A stretch of 64,000 nucleotides of DNA from an uncultured bacterium (GTDB lineage Bacteria; Acidobacteriota; Thermoanaerobaculia; Multivoradales; JAHZIX01): positions 32,001 to 96,000 of the forward strand of contig CBDUPA010000001.1 in assembly GCA_965368975.1 (NCBI GenBank), read 5' to 3'. Positions 60,501 through 64,000 of the stretch are shown here, in pieces (position 1 is the stretch's first letter; every line of letters begins with the position of its first letter). The position numbers were made by a program, and so were the translations under genes. Under the pieces are notes generated by a model. The model was not told the DNA's origin. It ran no database searches and was given only the letters and a program-made list of their open reading frames with translations.

Positions 60501-63500
60501 AGTTGCCGCTCACACCCAGCGGCAAGCTCGACCGCAAGAGCCTGCCGGCGCCGGAGCGTGCCTTGGGACGCAGCGCCGCACCACCGCGCGACGCCACCGA
60601 AGAGCTGATGGTGGAAGTGTGGTGCAAGGTCTTGGGCCTGGACACGGTCGGCATCCACGACGATTTCCTGGAACTGGGCGGCGACTCCATCCTGTCGCTG
60701 CAAATCGTTGCCGCGGCCAATCAGGCCGGTCTGTCGCTGGTTCCCGCCCATCTCTTTCAGCATCGCACCATCGCCACCTTGGCCGAAGTTGCCGGTAGCG
60801 CGGCCATCGTCCAGGCCGAGCAGGAGCCGGTGGCAGGGCCGGTGCCGCTGACGCCGATCCAGCGCTGGTTCTTCGAGCGCCATACGCGGCGGCCCGAACA
60901 CTGGAACCAGAGCCTGCAACTGGTGCCCCGACATCGTCTCGAGAGCGTCCTGCTGTCCGCCGCGGTCAGTCGCCTGGAAGTACTCCATGATGCCCTGCGC
61001 CTGCGCTTCGAGCACGACAGCCACGGCTGGCACCAGCGCTGCCTGACGCTCGATGAAGCGGCGGCCGAAGGGGATCGCGTGCTGGCTGTTGACCTGAGCA
61101 CCCTGCCCCCCGCCGATCGTCCGGCTGCTCTTGCCGCCACCGCCGCACGGCTACAGGCGTCGCTGGCCCTGGGCGGTGGTCCGCTGCTGCGCTTGGCGCT
61201 GATCGAACTGGGCCAGCCAGACGGTGTCGATGCAGAGGCCGTTCATCCAGAGGGTGCCCATCCAGAGGGTGCCGACCCAGAGGGCCTGTACGGGCAGCGT
61301 CTGCTGATCATCCTGCACCACCTGGTGGTCGACGGCTTGTCCTGGCGCGTGCTGCTGTCGGACCTGGAGCAGCTCTACGCCGCACTCGAAGCTGGTGAGA
61401 CACCGCAGATGCCGGCCAAGACAGCCTCCTACCGGCAGTGGTCCGAGGCGCTGGCGCTACGCGCCCAAGAGCCGTCCGTGGCTGGCGAGCTGGAGTACTG
61501 GCTGGCCCTGCCCTGGGACGATATCGTGCCCCTGCCGCTGGACGCGTTTGTCGACGGTGAGTTGCTGGCCACCGGGCCCGCCGACGTCGAGGAGCTGGCG
61601 CAGTGCAACACGGTGGAGTCCGCCGAGACGCTGATTCTCGAGTTCTCGGCCGAGGACACGCACTCCCTGCTCACCGCCGTGCCGCGCGCCTACCGTACCG
61701 AGATCGACGATGTGCTGATCACCGCGCTGGCGAGGACGCTGTCGCGCTGGACCGGCTCGACCTCGCTGCTCTTCGACCACGAGGGGCACGGCCGCGGCGC
61801 CCTCGGCGACGCGCTCGACGTGTCGCGCACTGTTGGCTGGTTCACCTCGCTCTTCCCGGTGGTGCTCGACTTTGCGCAGGGGAGTGATCCAGGCGCTGCG
61901 CTGGTGTCGGTCAAGGAACAGCTACGGCGGCTGCCGGAAGGCGGCAGCGGCTACGGCATGCTGCGCTACCTGGACAGTCAGGGCGATGCGGCGCTACGAC
62001 TGCGTCAGCTGCCGGCGGCGCAGGTCCTGTTCAACTATCTCGGCCAGGTCGACCGCGGGCGCGACGAGGACAGCCAGTGGCAGCCCCTGCTCGCCGATAC
62101 CCTGACTCTCGGCGAGCGCGCCCCGGAAGGTCGTCGCAGCCATCCGCTGGAGGTCGATGCCTTGGTCCGAGAGGGCCGCCTGCGTGTGCGCTGGACCTAC
62201 AGCAAGAACTTGCACCGGCCCGAGACCATCGCCCGAGTGGCCGAGTTCTTCGACACCGCCCTGACGTCGCTGATCCGCCACTGCCTGGAGCCCGAGCGCG
62301 GCGGCTACACGGCTTCCGACTTCGCTGCCGCCGACCTGCCGGCGCCGCAGCTGGATGCGCTGCTGGCCGAGCTCGGCGGTGGTGCGGTGGTCGAGGACAT
62401 CTACCCACTGGCGACCTCGCAGGAGGGCATGCTGGTCTACTTGCTGCTGCAGGGTGAGCACACCGAGGTGTTCACCAACCAGCTGCACTGCCGGCTCTCC
62501 GGCCCACTCGACCTGGCGGCCTTCCAGCGCGCCTGGCAGCAGACCGTCGACCGGCACGCGGCGCTCCGCACGTTGTTCCGTTGGGAAGGACTCGAGCATC
62601 CGATCCAGGTAGTGCGCGACCGCGCCGAGCCGGAGTGGCAAATCGAGGACTGGCGGCAGGTACCGCCGGCTGAGCAGCGATACCGGCTGGACCGTTTCCT
62701 GGAGGACGACCGCGCGCGCTCCTTCGACCTGCGGCGGGCACCGCTGCTGCGTCTGACCCTGTTGCACACCGGTGAGCAGGTGTACCATTTCGTCTGGACC
62801 TACCACCATCTGGTGCTCGATGGCTGGTCGCTGTCGATGCTGCTCAAGGAGGTCTTCGAGCTCTACCGGGCGGCGTCGATCGGTCGCCAGGCACAGTTGC
62901 TGGCGGCGCAGCCCTACGGTGACTATGTGCGCCATGTGCGTGGCCAAGATCCGGCCGCGGAGGAGGCCTTTTGGCGCCAGGCGCTGGCTGGCTTGCAGGC
63001 ACCGCCGCCGCTGCGCATCGAGCGCCACGGGAGCGCTCTGCCGGAGGGCGAGCGCGAGCACGGTAGTGCCGATGTGCAGCTGTCCGAGGAAGCTACCAGC
63101 GCACTGCAGGCGGCGGCACGGCGCCAGCGCCTGACGCTCAACACTTTGTTCCAGGGTGCCTGGGCCCTGCTACTGCATCGCTACAGCGGCAGTCGCGACG
63201 TGGTTTTCGGTGCCGTCGTTTCGGGGCGCCAGATCGGCTTCCAGTCGGTGGTCGGTCTGTTCATCAATGCGCTGCCGGTGCGCCTGCATGTCGACCCCGA
63301 GATGCAACTCGCACCGTGGCTCGAAGAACTGCAGTCGCAGCAAGTGGAGCAGCGCGACTTCGAGCATGTGCCGCTAGAGCAGATCCAACGCTGGAGCGGG
63401 CTGCCGCGCGACACCGCACTGTTCGACAGCCTGGTGGTGTTCGAGAACTATCCCGTCGACGATTCGTTGCAGGAGGGGGCCGGCGACCCAGGGGCTGGCC

Positions 63501-64000
63501 GTCTGGAGGTCAGCGCCGTTGAAGTCGAGGAGAGCACCAACTATCCGCTGGCCCTGTTCGTTTTCCCCGGCTCGCGCCTGAGCGTGCGCCTGGTCTACGA
63601 GCGCGCCACCTACGACGCTGGAAGCATGCAGTTGCTGGCTGAACAGTTGGTGCGACAACTCGAACGCTGTGCTCTGTCGCCACGGGCCAGCCTGGCCGAG
63701 TTGCTGGCACCGCTGTCCGACGAGCGGCGGCGCGTGGTGCGGGACTGGAACCGCACCGAGACCCCATTCGACTATCACGGGGACCTGGTCGACCTGATCG
63801 ACCAGCAGGCGCAGACGCGGCCGGATGCGCTGGCTGTGCTCAGCGCCGAAGCCTCGGTGGCCGGTCCTGCCACCGGTGATCCGAGTCAGGCTCTCAGCTA
63901 CGCGCGCCTGGTGCGCTGGAGCCGCCAGCTGGCAGCCGGTTTGCACCACGAGTTGCAAGACCGTGGCGAGGGCGAGCGGGAGCCGGTGGTCGGCATCTGG
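57596..64000 (+). CDS. Partial NRPS: interface-like C-A(Ser)-T-E-C(DCL)-A..., truncated by the window end
   Basis: Absent from the ORF track because there is no stop in the window. Frame from ATG 57596 checked at several points: EGFRLSPQQ, LHLPALCAD, YAIYTSGSTG, A code DVWHVSLVDK, LGGDSI, E motifs PLTPIQRWF/HHLVVDGLSW/EGHGR/RTVGWFT, then WTYHHLVLDGWS. Confidence 0.92.
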   Translation, partial: MDVMGQGNEVEIEGFRLSPQQEQVWRLQRGGSLAHQAWLGVRLLGDLDLDVLEAALVEVTQRHESLRSSFLEIPHLPFPLQVVHEEAPQRWRLLDLSLVDRYQQDLEVEALLEQETTRSWRLVSRQLMRITLVRLGIAEHLLLLHLPALCADYHTLETLMAELATCYQPHEEVAAYARPMPYTQFAEWQKQLLELDEASEERQFWAQKDLEGFGSLRLPFEHRRPLEAPFLPRHLRWALSPTTLYEIGAFLGADSHATGAFAFSTWLILLGRLCDQSRVGVAYRSNGRAYEDLEQTLGLFEKYLPVQEQLHDERSFLDLLHQVQATLQEVEDWQEYFEWSQVFDQDLAPFCFELRHWPRKLESADIEFEAARLYACSHRFKLKLSCVVSHDGLSFELHYDPEVYRRRDIQRLADEYETLLRSAGSDPGRPLRQLELLSQGERQALLREFTGKDAAGYARRPLHEWIQETVHQYPERTAVVCGHYAVSFRELEQRANRLAHLLQHLGAGPEVLVGISMERSAELVVGLLAILKAGAVYVPLDPEYPRQRLEFMLQDSRVPILLTQERLAVSLPSRRTTLVLVGTDGTAQALDRRSEDGLVPVPPPDPGDEQAPDVDLRGDAGAYAIYTSGSTGQPKAALISHGAIVNRLQWMQEAFHLDVDDTVIQKTPFSFDVSVWEFFWPLMTGARLVLARPGGHRDAAYLVRLVRRQAVSVVHFVPSMLQFFVGEAGVAHCDTLRLVVCSGEPLPPDLEQRTLQSLQADLYNLYGPTEAAVDVTSWRCVGEDGEGDSVPIGRPITNIRILLLDEELQPVPVGVPGELYIAGAGLGRGYLGRPALTAQAFVPDPFSTSLGDRMYRTGDLARGRSDGAIDFLGRTDAQVKIRGFRVEPGEIEAVLSLHEGLRQCAVVPREDLPGDLRLVAYYVPSDSPSAASMPGEAGSEPVTPQSLRAWLSRQVPEYLVPAAFVPLPQLPLTPSGKLDRKSLPAPERALGRSAAPPRDATEELMVEVWCKVLGLDTVGIHDDFLELGGDSILSLQIVAAANQAGLSLVPAHLFQHRTIATLAEVAGSAAIVQAEQEPVAGPVPLTPIQRWFFERHTRRPEHWNQSLQLVPRHRLESVLLSAAVSRLEVLHDALRLRFEHDSHGWHQRCLTLDEAAAEGDRVLAVDLSTLPPADRPAALAATAARLQASLALGGGPLLRLALIELGQPDGVDAEAVHPEGAHPEGADPEGLYGQRLLIILHHLVVDGLSWRVLLSDLEQLYAALEAGETPQMPAKTASYRQWSEALALRAQEPSVAGELEYWLALPWDDIVPLPLDAFVDGELLATGPADVEELAQCNTVESAETLILEFSAEDTHSLLTAVPRAYRTEIDDVLITALARTLSRWTGSTSLLFDHEGHGRGALGDALDVSRTVGWFTSLFPVVLDFAQGSDPGAALVSVKEQLRRLPEGGSGYGMLRYLDSQGDAALRLRQLPAAQVLFNYLGQVDRGRDEDSQWQPLLADTLTLGERAPEGRRSHPLEVDALVREGRLRVRWTYSKNLHRPETIARVAEFFDTALTSLIRHCLEPERGGYTASDFAAADLPAPQLDALLAELGGGAVVEDIYPLATSQEGMLVYLLLQGEHTEVFTNQLHCRLSGPLDLAAFQRAWQQTVDRHAALRTLFRWEGLEHPIQVVRDRAEPEWQIEDWRQVPPAEQRYRLDRFLEDDRARSFDLRRAPLLRLTLLHTGEQVYHFVWTYHHLVLDGWSLSMLLKEVFELYRAASIGRQAQLLAAQPYGDYVRHVRGQDPAAEEAFWRQALAGLQAPPPLRIERHGSALPEGEREHGSADVQLSEEATSALQAAARRQRLTLNTLFQGAWALLLHRYSGSRDVVFGAVVSGRQIGFQSVVGLFINALPVRLHVDPEMQLAPWLEELQSQQVEQRDFEHVPLEQIQRWSGLPRDTALFDSLVVFENYPVDDSLQEGAGDPGAGRLEVSAVEVEESTNYPLALFVFPGSRLSVRLVYERATYDAGSMQLLAEQLVRQLERCALSPRASLAELLAPLSDERRRVVRDWNRTETPFDYHGDLVDLIDQQAQTRPDALAVLSAEASVAGPATGDPSQALSYARLVRWSRQLAAGLHHELQDRGEGEREPVVGIW

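Overview
High-GC bacterial window. The gene content and the RiPP leader style suggest Acidobacteriota (Thermoanaerobaculia-like), but that is an inference. Housekeeping and envelope genes are a family-5 ABC solute-binding protein, DUF2237, ccmABC, a HEAT-repeat/cyclophilin lipoprotein, an ECF sigma/anti-sigma operon, a TPR protein, bioY, an S9 peptidase, arcA, clpS-clpA, an M14 deacylase and a metallophosphoesterase. They are interleaved with two incomplete-looking megasynthase loci. The first is a 17-kb hybrid NRPS/PKS (C-A-T-C-A-T-KS-AT-ACP-C-A-T-C-A-T) with no starter and no release domain. The second, about 16 kb away, is a divergent lipopeptide NRPS locus: FAAL-ACP-C-A-T-C*-A, a stand-alone C, and an interface-like domain-A-T-E-C-A that runs off the window. 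Most notable: (1) a DUF4365 nuclease-like/Ser-Thr kinase/FGE-sulfatase fusion next to a HepT/MntA toxin-antitoxin pair, whose 3' end looks like a remote diversity-generating retroelement (DGR) variable region with GGA-loop hairpins; (2) a secreted, strongly anionic CS-alpha-beta defensin-like peptide tightly coupled to an SPL-like radical SAM gene with an expanded Cys motif; (3) an orphan lanthipeptide-type precursor with a duplicated core; (4) a pervasive 15-nt tandem micro-duplication signature. No rRNA, tRNA, CRISPR array, transposase or reverse transcriptase was recognised.
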